Shown one piece after another: positions 45,296 through 55,714 of a stretch of 64,000 nt of DNA; position 1 is the stretch's first letter; each line of letters starts with the position of its first letter. Source of the stretch: a virus; IMG/VR virus record IMGVR_UViG_3300045988_174698, one strand, 5' to 3'. Under the pieces are notes generated by a model, which did not search any database, had not been told where the DNA came from, and was given only the letters and a program-made list of their open reading frames with translations. Both the position numbers and the translations under genes were made by a program.

Positions 45296-46501
45296 TTATA
45301 AAGAAAATTTGCGAATTTTGGTTAAATAAATCTCTTTACGATATTGGTTAACTCCACCATAGTCACCATAACTCATCTGCACTTTACGAAGATGGTATAG
45401 CTTACCTCCCTCTAATTTTAATTTATCTGCTATATCCTTTGGAAAAGTAAAATCAATAACCTTGTCAACTGTTATTTTTTTATAGTTACTATCCTTTGAA
45501 TTTATAACATATATTAAGAAAGCACTTAATATAAGCAGGTACCACTTAATTTCAGAGTAATCTGTAGTGGGTCTTAAAAATCTGAATTCTACAGTTTTAT
45601 GGGCATCACCTGAAATTAAATGCATTATATTCATATTAAAATATCTACCGTGCACTTCCCACTTACGCTCCTCTGTTGAATCATATGAATTAGGTAAATA
45701 AAAACTTTGGTCATCATTATACTTATTACCAGTGAACCTTTTGTAGAATGTAGGGAGAGATGCAATACTCGGAAAAGGTTTATTGTAAGCTTTACCATTA
45801 CTTTTATAGCGTTCTGTATAGTAACTATATCTTGGTATGTACATACTAATAGACCATTGAAAATGGCACCAGAACTTACACAGACGATTAATATAACTAT
45901 TATTAATTGGAAAGTTACCAAAATGAATATGCAAAGAGCAGTTTTTATCGTAAAACGTGTATCTTTCAAGCAGTTTCAAATGCTGTTTAATAATAGGTAA
46001 ATCTATATGTGTTAATGGAAAAGTTACATATTCATGCCCATTAATTGAACCATCATACAGTGGTACTAGATTTGTATCAATACAACTTAACCAAGGTATG
46101 TTTCCTGCGGATGTTTCATATTCAAGGCCAAAGGTAAAGTCTTCAATATATGTAAATTCTTTATCAGGTATTAATTTAATATACTTAGGTTTTAAAGATA
46201 GTTTTGAAAAATTGTAACATCTATCTATTGGATAATTAAACACATATTTAGAATCTGTAATGATATTATTAGATAGTTTTAAATCTATCGTATAGCAACA
46301 AATATTATTTACCCAATATAATGGTATTTTGCAGTTCTCGCGTCTTTCCAAATAGGTAATTTTCCCTTCTATTACTAGAGGAATATTTAGTGGGTCTATT
46401 TCAAAATAACCATATTCTATATATGCGTAATCAATATAGATCACACCTCTTAGTAAGGTATCTCCAGTTTCCCACCTTTTTTTAGTATTATTGTACAGCA
46501 T
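45296..46501 (-). CDS. Amidoligase-like (COOH-NH2 ligase) protein, paralog 2
   Basis: It has a HIHFG motif and lies in the amidoligase/GATase/ATP-grasp neighbourhood. Confidence 0.4.
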   Translation of the reverse strand: MLYNNTKKRWETGDTLLRGVIYIDYAYIEYGYFEIDPLNIPLVIEGKITYLERRENCKIPLYWVNNICCYTIDLKLSNNIITDSKYVFNYPIDRCYNFSKLSLKPKYIKLIPDKEFTYIEDFTFGLEYETSAGNIPWLSCIDTNLVPLYDGSINGHEYVTFPLTHIDLPIIKQHLKLLERYTFYDKNCSLHIHFGNFPINNSYINRLCKFWCHFQWSISMYIPRYSYYTERYKSNGKAYNKPFPSIASLPTFYKRFTGNKYNDDQSFYLPNSYDSTEERKWEVHGRYFNMNIMHLISGDAHKTVEFRFLRPTTDYSEIKWYLLILSAFLIYVINSKDSNYKKITVDKVIDFTFPKDIADKLKLEGGKLYHLRKVQMSYGDYGGVNQYRKEIYLTKIRKFSL

Positions 46502-47810
46502 CTAAATTAACAAGTCTATTAGTTATAAACTGTAAAATCTGTGTTTCTAGTACTTCAAAATCGAATGTTGTATTTTCTGCATTATTCTTGAAAATTTCAA
46601 AAGCGCTAGGAGCATAGGTATATGTTGTAGAACTTACTCCATCTTTTACATTAACTTTATCAGGAGCATTAAATAGAGTAACATATGATCCTTCCATGTA
46701 CTTCATATAATTGAAGTCTTTGTCAACAGTAGTTAAGACACCATTAATAATTCGAGGATTATATGCAAAGTAATCAATAACTTCGGGACAATAAACAGAA
46801 AGAACATCATTTGTAAAAAGGTCATCTATATTTTCAAGGAAATCATAACTTTCTTTATTGGGTAACAATCGCCCATAGAAGAAGTAGAAAGTATGTCTAT
46901 ATGCGTTAGAGCTGGCATATGCTTCGGGTACTAAATGCCCAGAAGGATAAGCTAGATACATACCGTGTGCTGGAATTTCATTTAACATATACGTACCTGT
47001 AGTTTGACTGTAATATAAGTTATTAGAGGTATATGCTGGGGAATTATCCTTATAAGAAGCACCATATACTGGTATGCAAAGGGTTCTCCTTAATTTTTCA
47101 CGATTAATATTTCTAATACAGTAAACCTTGTTATCCTTAATTCGGCATAACTTATTTACAGGAAATTCATAGATTGTTTTTTTACAGTTGATGGAATATA
47201 GAGAAGCATACATCGACGAAAAATAAAGTTTACCCTCGTTAATCATATAAACTAAAGGTCGCTCAGATTTTGTTTTGTTTTCATTATAACAAGAGCTCCC
47301 TTTGAACATGAGTACTTCTGGAGTCAAAGATCTATAATCTACCATTATAAGAACAGCACAACCTGTATATTCTTCTAGAACATCATATCCATGTTCATAA
47401 ATAATTTCTGCCAAAATTTGAGAATCAGACATACCAAGAGTATTAGGTTCTGGAAGATATTTATTAGATAATTCTCCAATATTAAGAATAGTACCATTAT
47501 GCATTAGTACAAACTCAATTTTGTTACCACGTCTAATAACAACTGGCTGAGCCTGATCTAAATTCACAGGATATCCAGGAGAGGCCTTTCGACAATGTAA
47601 TAAAGCAATAGAAGCTGACTTTGGATAATTTATACTAGTAGTAAAGTTCCTAAATAATTTTCTGTCACTGACTCCATATTCTACCTTACCATCAATAAAA
47701 ATACCACAACTATCTCCCCCTCTTTCATCGTTTAGGGTTCCAAGTATATTAAAGTGGTTTATGTTAAATTCAGTCTTTTCAGTAGAAATTATTCCAGCTA
47801 GTCCGCACAT
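46488..47810 (-). CDS. Class II (Ntn) glutamine amidotransferase-like protein
   Basis: The N-terminal MCGLAGI has the catalytic Cys2. Confidence 0.55.
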   Translation of the reverse strand: MCGLAGIISTEKTEFNINHFNILGTLNDERGGDSCGIFIDGKVEYGVSDRKLFRNFTTSINYPKSASIALLHCRKASPGYPVNLDQAQPVVIRRGNKIEFVLMHNGTILNIGELSNKYLPEPNTLGMSDSQILAEIIYEHGYDVLEEYTGCAVLIMVDYRSLTPEVLMFKGSSCYNENKTKSERPLVYMINEGKLYFSSMYASLYSINCKKTIYEFPVNKLCRIKDNKVYCIRNINREKLRRTLCIPVYGASYKDNSPAYTSNNLYYSQTTGTYMLNEIPAHGMYLAYPSGHLVPEAYASSNAYRHTFYFFYGRLLPNKESYDFLENIDDLFTNDVLSVYCPEVIDYFAYNPRIINGVLTTVDKDFNYMKYMEGSYVTLFNAPDKVNVKDGVSSTTYTYAPSAFEIFKNNAENTTFDFEVLETQILQFITNRLVNLDAVQ

Positions 47811-48589
47811 ATTCCATAAAGTTTAATTAGATGTTCTGCCAGTACTTTATTAGATGTATTAATACACTTTTGAACTAAATCTCCTTCTGGCAAAGGAAAT
47901 CCTTCATTAAACATATCTACAGCTAACATAGTTTGTTTATAAATCATTGGAAGGTATTTGTCATTAAGCATAAAGCTACTTAGACATCTTGCTTCTACTC
48001 CCCACTCAGGACAACGGAAACTTCCTGCTTGACCATATAGAGTTCTTCTAAAAGTATCTCTATCATATAATACAGAAGGAACTCCACAGCATAGATCAAA
48101 GAACTTAATAAGCTTAACAGATGTATCAAAATTAGGGTTATCATATCCTATGTGAATGTGTGAACCTGCCACTCTTCTATTATCAGGATAACCTTGTGGC
48201 TTATCGTTTTCACACTCTGTATAAGCATCATAATCACTAGAACATCCAATTTCATTTGCTTTAGGATCAAGTAATTGATCTTCAGGCACGGGCATAGATG
48301 CACTACAACAAATATCAAGATTGTTATCGAATTGTTTAACCCAATTACGAATCCAATCTTTCATATATTTAATAGAATCTACAAATTCATTACTAGAAGT
48401 ACAAGGTGGGATATTAAATTCTCCTAAAATACAGTCAATCTCCACACCAAATCCTTTTGGCATGCCTTTAGTATATGGTTTACCTTTTTCTCCTGGAATT
48501 ATTCCAATTGCAGATACTACTTGGTTTGTTTTTGTATTAAAAATAAATAACTCGGGGTCTGCTCCAACTGTAATATTTTTAATTTTCAT
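47798..48589 (-). CDS. Amidoligase-like (COOH-NH2 ligase) protein, paralog 1
   Basis: It has a GSHIHIGYD motif and is Cys-rich. Confidence 0.4.
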   Translation of the reverse strand: MKIKNITVGADPELFIFNTKTNQVVSAIGIIPGEKGKPYTKGMPKGFGVEIDCILGEFNIPPCTSSNEFVDSIKYMKDWIRNWVKQFDNNLDICCSASMPVPEDQLLDPKANEIGCSSDYDAYTECENDKPQGYPDNRRVAGSHIHIGYDNPNFDTSVKLIKFFDLCCGVPSVLYDRDTFRRTLYGQAGSFRCPEWGVEARCLSSFMLNDKYLPMIYKQTMLAVDMFNEGFPLPEGDLVQKCINTSNKVLAEHLIKLYGICAD

Positions 48590-49226
48590 CTGCTATTAAT
48601 TTATCAATTATTTCATTTATTCTTATAACAATTGGTGATTCAGGTCTCATATATTCAGGATGTCCTTGGATAGCCAAACACTTTGGAAGATTTGGTCTGT
48701 CATACAAAACAATTTCAGGTTCACAAGGAGGAGACATAACATTATCTCCCTCATATATACTTGACCGATGACTAGTTGAATAAAACAAACATGTCCAATA
48801 CTTATATGGTATTATAAATGGATACTGCATTTGATGGTGTGTACTGGTAATTTCATACATTTTATTCGTACTTATCTCTGTAATAGAGTGAGTTATTCGA
48901 ATAGCATGATTTTCCACATTCTGAATAAGTATGCCACCATTCATAATACATAAATATTGACTGCCTCGGCAGATCCCCACAGCTAACTGATCAGGTCTGA
49001 TTTTCTCAAATTCTTTCTTTTCTGCGAGATCCCTTTGTAAATTAGCACAAGTAGTAGGATGAGGTTTACAGTTATACAAAGAAGGGTGTACATCTTCTCC
49101 ACCTGTAAAAATAACAATATCTGCATCGTTAATATCATCTACTAGCTCACGCTTAGTAATAAAATTAGCATAGTGTACTTGATTACCAACGACATATACT
49201 TTTTTTGTTTTTAGCATAGTATTCAT
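48579..49226 (-). CDS. Class I glutamine amidotransferase-like / gamma-glutamyl hydrolase-like protein
   Basis: The nucleophile elbow is GICRGSQ and the C-terminal HPE is present. Confidence 0.5.
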   Translation of the reverse strand: MNTMLKTKKVYVVGNQVHYANFITKRELVDDINDADIVIFTGGEDVHPSLYNCKPHPTTCANLQRDLAEKKEFEKIRPDQLAVGICRGSQYLCIMNGGILIQNVENHAIRITHSITEISTNKMYEITSTHHQMQYPFIIPYKYWTCLFYSTSHRSSIYEGDNVMSPPCEPEIVLYDRPNLPKCLAIQGHPEYMRPESPIVIRINEIIDKLIADEN

Positions 49227-49881
49227 TCGCTATAAAATTAATTCCCTTGACAATTTGAGGTAATTGCTTCGAGTTAAATACTCGAAGCAAATGGCACAAA
49301 CTATTATGTTCAGCCATAATCCTACAAAAACTTTCACTATAGTTAAAGTCCCTTCTAATTAAATTAAACTGGCACTTAGGATTAATGTTATAAAATGTTA
49401 GGTTATCTAATCCTGGGCAATGACATCTTCTTCCATCATGAAACAATGTAATATAAAGTTGCATAATTTGAGTAATATCCAATTCTGGAAAGTTTGCTCT
49501 ATTTTGCCATGCAGAGTATAATAATAACCAAAACGGATTTTCGTATACATATCTAATATACATAGCACTATAGACAAAGAATCTATTGTCAGGAGCACAC
49601 CTAATTTGTAATTTGTATGAATGTGTACTCTTTACAAGTGATATTAATGTAAACCCCAGTAGTCTTGAGATTTCCTTAAAGTACTCAATTAATGTTTTCG
49701 TATCAAATGTACAGTAGTTAAGCTGAACTTGTCTACTTCGAGGCCATATAATAGTAGCATAATAATAACCATTAAATTCACCTTGAGAACATCCCCTACT
49801 AAAACAAGCCATATTTTCATAAAAGTAATTACCAGCATAGTAATTACATTTATATTCTTTTCCTCTAAAATCTAGTATCAT
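49183..49881 (-). CDS. Hypothetical Cys/His-rich protein
   Basis: ORF track only. Confidence 0.3.
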   Translation of the reverse strand: MILDFRGKEYKCNYYAGNYFYENMACFSRGCSQGEFNGYYYATIIWPRSRQVQLNYCTFDTKTLIEYFKEISRLLGFTLISLVKSTHSYKLQIRCAPDNRFFVYSAMYIRYVYENPFWLLLYSAWQNRANFPELDITQIMQLYITLFHDGRRCHCPGLDNLTFYNINPKCQFNLIRRDFNYSESFCRIMAEHNSLCHLLRVFNSKQLPQIVKGINFIANEYYAKNKKSICRW

Positions 49882-50608
49882 AGTACTTTTTTAAATGATT
49901 CCCATAATAAGTTATCCCAAAAGAAGCCAGAGAAGGAGCTGTATTACTTTCAACAATGATATAACTATTATCACTACACAATATATCAAAGCAGGCAATT
50001 GTGAGGTCCATTTGTTTTAATGCCTTAATACAATCACTAATTATATTTTCCCAACATACAGGTAATTTGTGTTCCTCTGTTACTAAAACAAATATTGAAT
50101 TATCAGCATGTTTATGCCATTGTACTTCAGCGTCTTGTTTCAGCACTTTTTTACAAGCATAAAAACAACCATGATGAACATCAATATGTACTCTATATTC
50201 ATTTGGGAAGAAGTAATACTTTTCAAACACGAAATCCCTTATATTAACATTATTACATAGATCGTCTAAAGATTTGGGATTATCAATATAATAAATATTC
50301 TTCCCTTTCGATGAATGTTTATGTTTTGCTATAAGAATTTTGTGCTGCATAAAAAACTTATAAATGCTTGCTTTGTTAGAAGAACTAATCCATTCACTAT
50401 GAGATACACCCGCTTTGTCAAAGGCACGCTTCATTAATATTTTATTCCCAGAAGTTTTAACTCCCTCTATAGTATTAATTTCCAAATATTTATATTTAGA
50501 AATTAAAGGAGTTGTGCTCCCTAAACGTAGTAGTACTCTTTGATTAAAAGGTATACTACGTAAAGGAGCACAACTTGTATTTGGACTGAAAACTCGAAGT
50601 TTTAACAT
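49865..50608 (-). CDS. ATP-grasp enzyme (RimK/GshB-like)
   Basis: ILMKRAFDKAGV... and IIVESNTAPSL resemble the ATP-grasp C-terminal region. Confidence 0.45.
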   Translation of the reverse strand: MLKLRVFSPNTSCAPLRSIPFNQRVLLRLGSTTPLISKYKYLEINTIEGVKTSGNKILMKRAFDKAGVSHSEWISSSNKASIYKFFMQHKILIAKHKHSSKGKNIYYIDNPKSLDDLCNNVNIRDFVFEKYYFFPNEYRVHIDVHHGCFYACKKVLKQDAEVQWHKHADNSIFVLVTEEHKLPVCWENIISDCIKALKQMDLTIACFDILCSDNSYIIVESNTAPSLASFGITYYGNHLKKYYDTRF

Positions 50609-50609
50609 A

Positions 50610-51152
50610 CTATAGTTCTAATGCCTTATTATAGCAGTACACAGCCAGTTCCTTCTGGGTTAACTTATTATAATCAGCAAATTCAGCCCCATGGTCCTGT
50701 AAAAGCTTTGCAATATACTGTAGTTCGTGTTTTTTTAGTTTGCTAAATTGAGTGGCCGAGAATTCTGCGACCTTCTTATCAAGAGCAATTAATTTGAGGA
50801 ATACTTTTCCAAATGGTTTATTATTAAATTTATTAATATATACCTTTTGGTCAATATTATCCTCTACTGGGATAGCTTTAGGTTCAGGGTTAGGAACAAC
50901 CTCGTCATATGGGATAATCATAAATTCAGGTACCCATATGCCTATAGATAGAAAATATGGAATATCTGGGTCATTCTTATCTACATCCTCAATAACAGCA
51001 ACATTACCAAAATAGGGAAAATCAGAAAATAAGACATATTTCATGTCTTTGTTACAATAAACACCTTCTAAGTCAGGTGCTTCCTTGAGTAGATTATCCT
51101 TAAGTAAACAATCAAGATTTTTAATGATAACTTTGTCTCCTTGTTCAAACAT
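50610..51152 (-). CDS. Hypothetical protein
   Basis: ORF track only. Confidence 0.3.
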   Translation of the reverse strand: MFEQGDKVIIKNLDCLLKDNLLKEAPDLEGVYCNKDMKYVLFSDFPYFGNVAVIEDVDKNDPDIPYFLSIGIWVPEFMIIPYDEVVPNPEPKAIPVEDNIDQKVYINKFNNKPFGKVFLKLIALDKKVAEFSATQFSKLKKHELQYIAKLLQDHGAEFADYNKLTQKELAVYCYNKALEL

Positions 51153-51166
51153 AACTATTTTTATTT

Positions 51167-52243
51167 TTATTTGAAAAATGATAAATATTCTAATGGACTA
51201 ACAATTCTATATTTAGTCTTTCTAAACTCTAAAAGGTCAAAAGAATCTGAATAACTCATCATTGACCTTAAGTAGTCAACGAAATTTTCACACCAATCTT
51301 GTAACTTATACAAAACTGGAACTGTGGTTTCAATACCCTCAGCAGTTTTGAGTTTTTGGTTTCCTATTTCTATCTGTGCTTTTTTAGTAGACATACCATA
51401 GTATTTACGTCTGAGTCCTAGATTTGGATCTGTAACAGGTAGTAACTCTCCACAGGCTTCTTGAGATTGTGCAAAGAGTTTTCCAACCATTACATAATCA
51501 GCTCCAAGAGCTAGTGCTTTAATAATCTTATCATAATTATCAAATCCTCCGTCCGCAATAATAAATGGAACACTTTTGTATGGATGAGTTATTGAGTTAC
51601 AACCCAAGTAAAAACCAGAGTCACCCGCTATATTAACTACTTTTGTTTCTTCAATACATTTTTCTATAGCCCGCTTTTTATCAACAACTTCCTTAATTAA
51701 GGAAGCCATTGCATAGTGTATTCCACCATTAGCAGAAGTAGTACATACAGAACCTCCCCCTACACCTATCCGTACAAAATCAATTCCTGCTAGTGAATAA
51801 TCAGCATAAGTATCAGGGTTAGCAATATTGCCCGCCATTAATGACAATCGACCTCCAAATATAGACTTTGCTTGTGAGCATAAATCAATTAACTTTAACA
51901 TGTGGCCATTAGCAATATCAACACACACATAACGAATATCATTGGTGGTATCATATATATTTTCAAAATCTGTAATAAATCTTTCAAACTCAGATAAGCC
52001 AAGTGCAACAAACGTACTTGTAGACAACTCCCATCGTTTATCATAATCTACTCCTCTTGGAATAATTGTATTGATCTTATTTCTAAGAAAAACTTCATAA
52101 TTATTCTCATTAATAACAGAATTCATAGGAGCAGTAAATAACGGCAGCATACCATCAAAGTTATATGGATTACAGTCTGCACGATGTTCTATTCTACTGG
52201 TTCTAGCTGGTACTAAACAAATATCATTTAACCCATATGTCAT
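51167..52243 (-). CDS. guaC: GMP reductase (IMPDH/GuaC family TIM barrel without CBS domains)
   Basis: CVDIANGH, GIDFVRIGVGGGSVCTTS, IIADGG and ALGADYVMVG are present. Confidence 0.7.
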   Translation of the reverse strand: MTYGLNDICLVPARTSRIEHRADCNPYNFDGMLPLFTAPMNSVINENNYEVFLRNKINTIIPRGVDYDKRWELSTSTFVALGLSEFERFITDFENIYDTTNDIRYVCVDIANGHMLKLIDLCSQAKSIFGGRLSLMAGNIANPDTYADYSLAGIDFVRIGVGGGSVCTTSANGGIHYAMASLIKEVVDKKRAIEKCIEETKVVNIAGDSGFYLGCNSITHPYKSVPFIIADGGFDNYDKIIKALALGADYVMVGKLFAQSQEACGELLPVTDPNLGLRRKYYGMSTKKAQIEIGNQKLKTAEGIETTVPVLYKLQDWCENFVDYLRSMMSYSDSFDLLEFRKTKYRIVSPLEYLSFFK

Positions 52244-52416
52244 TTTTAATCTCTCTTAATTAGTTTATTTTTCTGTTCCTCAGTATCCCTAAATTTTTTT
52301 ATTTTTCTTTTCTTATTTAGACGAGCAATCTCTTCCTCGTACCTATTATATTTATCCAATTGATTACCTCGAATAAATTTACCCATGATAAAAAACAGAA
52401 TTTCAATTTTGATTTA

Positions 52417-53199
52417 CTATTGAATCTCTAAAGTACCTGGTTCCAGTCCAAGTTCTTTCTCGACTTCTGCGATTGTTTTCTTTACAACCTTATTCTTTAC
52501 TTTTGGCCAAGCAACATCCATTTTTGTGTAATCACTAAGTTTAAAACAGTGTGGTGTTGGAACAAAAATCTTCTTAACTTGGTAGAAACTCCCATTTTTA
52601 GGGGAATTAAAGCATCCACTTAAATAACCCTTAATTTCTCCTTTATTGTTAACATAAACAATAGCTTTAGAAGAAATAATAAATCCAAAATACTCTTGAT
52701 CTTTAACTATTAACTGTACTATTCGCCCAGGTAAAAACTCAGACTTAAAATCATTATTAAGATTAGAATCTACCTTATTATCCTCAACCTTATTTTTTTC
52801 TTTACCTAGAATCTTTTCAAACTGGTCTATAATAGATATGTCATTTGATTTTAATTCAGGTGATTCAAGTAATTTTAATAGATTCTTTTCTGATTTTAAA
52901 ATAATATCACTATATAGAGCAAGTTTATTCTCTTCTATATCATTAATACCTAACTCTTTAAGGATAGTGTTGTCATCATCTGAACAGAAGATATCACTAT
53001 CTCCAGTAAGGTAATGAATATTCTGATTATATGTAACAACATAATAAGATCTTTTATCTGTATCAATTAAGATCTTATAAGGGTGTCCTGAAAGTAATAA
53101 AGATATACTTACCTTAGGATAGTTTAATGTATATCCGTATCTACTTAAGATAAACAAAATGGTATTTAAACTGTTACCATTATATAATAAATAACGCAT
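52417..53199 (-). CDS. Hypothetical protein
   Basis: ORF track only. Confidence 0.3.
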   Translation of the reverse strand: MRYLLYNGNSLNTILFILSRYGYTLNYPKVSISLLLSGHPYKILIDTDKRSYYVVTYNQNIHYLTGDSDIFCSDDDNTILKELGINDIEENKLALYSDIILKSEKNLLKLLESPELKSNDISIIDQFEKILGKEKNKVEDNKVDSNLNNDFKSEFLPGRIVQLIVKDQEYFGFIISSKAIVYVNNKGEIKGYLSGCFNSPKNGSFYQVKKIFVPTPHCFKLSDYTKMDVAWPKVKNKVVKKTIAEVEKELGLEPGTLEIQ

Positions 53200-53252
53200 A
53201 ATTTGATTTTTTTGTTCTTTTTAGTTAAAAAACAGTAACAAGTGAAGGCTCA

Positions 53253-54185
53253 CTATTCTTTTACTTCTATAATTTTATATACAGAATTTTGAGTATGAAA
53301 ATGATTTTTATCTACGATTTTAGTTACAGGTGAGGTTGAGAAGCGAAATCCAAGACAAGCTCGAAACCCTACAGTTATAGGTAGACTTAAATATCCTTGA
53401 GTAAGGTACCCTTTATTGATTCCATTTGGATGATGACCTGGCTTATAATTACAAGTATCAGTATCTTCTAACTTTTCAATCTGAACTTTAGTTTGTGCAG
53501 GATAACTACACACCTCATAATATAATTCACGTACACTCCTCAAAGTTTCCTCATGGTGATCATCTGATTCAGGTATTGATCCTTCACAATCACATTTCTT
53601 TAATAGTAGTAATGCTTCGAAGTCAATACACTCTAGATTATTAGCTAACCTTAGAATAGCCGACTTGATATCTCTTTGTTTTAAAATATAAAGAGGTTGC
53701 ATGTGACACCTTACCAAAGAAAGAATAGCTCTTTTGTACTGAGGTTTAATATCAGAAATATATGTATCTAAAATATGTTCAGCAATTGGAACTCCTTTAA
53801 TTGCATGGTCCTTACAGTGGTAAAGTCCATCTTCTCCCTTTTTTGTAGTAACTGGTTTACCTATATCATGTAATAGAGCAGCAAAGATTAGAATATTTCG
53901 ATAGTCCATGTCTTGAAAAAGTACTTCATTACTGTTTTCAATATGCTTCAACATACATTTTGTAACCATACAAGTATGGGTGAAAGCGTCTCCCTCTTTA
54001 TGCCAAAGTATATTCTGAGGAGTTTCTGACAACGCTTTAAATTCAGGAATTTTTAAAAGTTCATCCCAAAAGACAATATTAGTTTTTGGATCATAAATCA
54101 TATTATATAATAAGATTATAAGAGATAATAGTAGTAACAAATAAAATAGCTGAAGATTTTGCAAAATGTATAAAAGTTGAATCAT
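53253..54185 (-). CDS. HD-domain phosphohydrolase with N-terminal hydrophobic segment
   Basis: ILIFAALLHDIGKP is an HD motif. Confidence 0.55.
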   Translation of the reverse strand: MIQLLYILQNLQLFYLLLLLSLIILLYNMIYDPKTNIVFWDELLKIPEFKALSETPQNILWHKEGDAFTHTCMVTKCMLKHIENSNEVLFQDMDYRNILIFAALLHDIGKPVTTKKGEDGLYHCKDHAIKGVPIAEHILDTYISDIKPQYKRAILSLVRCHMQPLYILKQRDIKSAILRLANNLECIDFEALLLLKKCDCEGSIPESDDHHEETLRSVRELYYEVCSYPAQTKVQIEKLEDTDTCNYKPGHHPNGINKGYLTQGYLSLPITVGFRACLGFRFSTSPVTKIVDKNHFHTQNSVYKIIEVKE

Positions 54186-54582
54186 AATCCGACATTATTA
54201 GAGATCCTATAGTAATTGCAAATAAAAGGGCAATTGACACTATAAAAATATCTCTATACACTTTGTATGTTTTGTTATTAGATACTACCCACCCTTTAAG
54301 TTTATATGTTAATATAACACCAGGTTTGTTATGGTATATATGGTAATCTTCTGGAGTAGCCTCAAAACTAAGTATTTTATTAGTTTTTATATCTTTTGCA
54401 ATAAGATACATCTTACCATTAGTTTTATAGCCTCCAGATATCTTTTCTCCTCCTATAATCTCACATTGATATGGATTAGTATTTACATAGTTACTAAATT
54501 CAGAGTAATGTAGATTCAAACTTATAAGTATAACTACTATAGAAGGAACCCAATAAGCTAAAATTTTAGAAGGTATATCCAT
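54103..54582 (-). CDS. Membrane protein
   Basis: Two hydrophobic segments. Confidence 0.3.
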   Translation of the reverse strand: MDIPSKILAYWVPSIVVILISLNLHYSEFSNYVNTNPYQCEIIGGEKISGGYKTNGKMYLIAKDIKTNKILSFEATPEDYHIYHNKPGVILTYKLKGWVVSNNKTYKVYRDIFIVSIALLFAITIGSLIMSDYDSTFIHFAKSSAILFVTTIISYNLII

Positions 54583-54583
54583 T

Positions 54584-55006
54584 TTATATCCATGTCTTTA
54601 AAGCTTCCAAAAAAGCTGATTCTAAAGCTTCTTCATATGTATTATAATCTACTCCACTTGCATCTATACTATGAGGAGGTCTTACAATTTTCTTAGAAGG
54701 ATCTATCTGAATATCAACGATTTTATATGTCCAATATCCATGAATAGTGGGAACTATTATAATATGTATCTTATGAATATCTCTTAACCATTTTTGAAGT
54801 TTAGATTGAGTTGGAGCTAAATAATAATTATCTGTAGGATCATAAAACTTACAATTCCAAAGCACTCCTTTTTCATCATAACAAGGGCTACAATTTACAT
54901 ATCCTAATTTTGGAAATAGTTTAGATATTCTATTTCCATCCATATAATGTTTTTCCTTTGCAAGTTTAGCAGTATCAAAAGTAATATGTGATTCCATTAT
55001 TCCCAA
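54584..55006 (-). CDS. Hypothetical protein
   Basis: ORF track only. Confidence 0.3.
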   Translation of the reverse strand: MGIMESHITFDTAKLAKEKHYMDGNRISKLFPKLGYVNCSPCYDEKGVLWNCKFYDPTDNYYLAPTQSKLQKWLRDIHKIHIIIVPTIHGYWTYKIVDIQIDPSKKIVRPPHSIDASGVDYNTYEEALESAFLEALKTWI

Positions 55007-55642
55007 GGTAAAATTTTCTGAGTTATTCTTTTATAGTTATTTAATATTCCTAAGATGTTTGCTCGACCTACAGGATTTGCAGATTGACTTGCAAACTGTG
55101 GAAGGACATATCCTTCATCTATACATTTATCTACAATATACTTGGCTATATCGTATCCAGATTTTTCCTCTCCTAAATCATGATCGAGACAAATTGCATA
55201 AGGTCATTCTTTTTCAAGGAAGTCAATAGCTTCTTGATAAGACTGAGCCCATACAACTTTACAATTTCTGCCAATTGGACTAAAATTCATCCAATCATCT
55301 TCCATTGGATTACGAGCATCATCTATCCAAAAAAGTGTTTTCATAATCATCTAATTCTTAAATGAGAAAGTAAATTAAAAACTATTAATATAATACAAGC
55401 CATAGTTGGAATAAAGTTTAAAGGAGTCCAAATGAGTATTATAAAGACAAAGCTACTAATATATTTATCCTCAGTATAGTATAAATACATATCTCCTAGA
55501 GTAGTTCCTTCTTTAGATTTTATCCTCCAATAAACGTAGAGAATAATATGATTAATAATTATACATACAAACCAGCAATATACAAATTCCATAATTATAT
55601 TTTATTTAAATGAAATTTTCACTACCTAATTATTTATAAAAG

Positions 55643-55714
55643 TATCCCCACCTTGATTCGAACAAGGACCTTTCGGGTAGAAGCCGAAGATTCTCTCCAT
55701 TGAACTATGGGGAC
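55643..55714 (-). tRNA. tRNA-Arg (anticodon UCU)
   Basis: Cloverleaf: the acceptor is GTCCCCA/TGGGGAT, the anticodon arm is TTCGG-CTTCTAC-CCGAA, and the T-arm is CCTTG-TTCGAAT-CAAGG. Confidence 0.7.
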
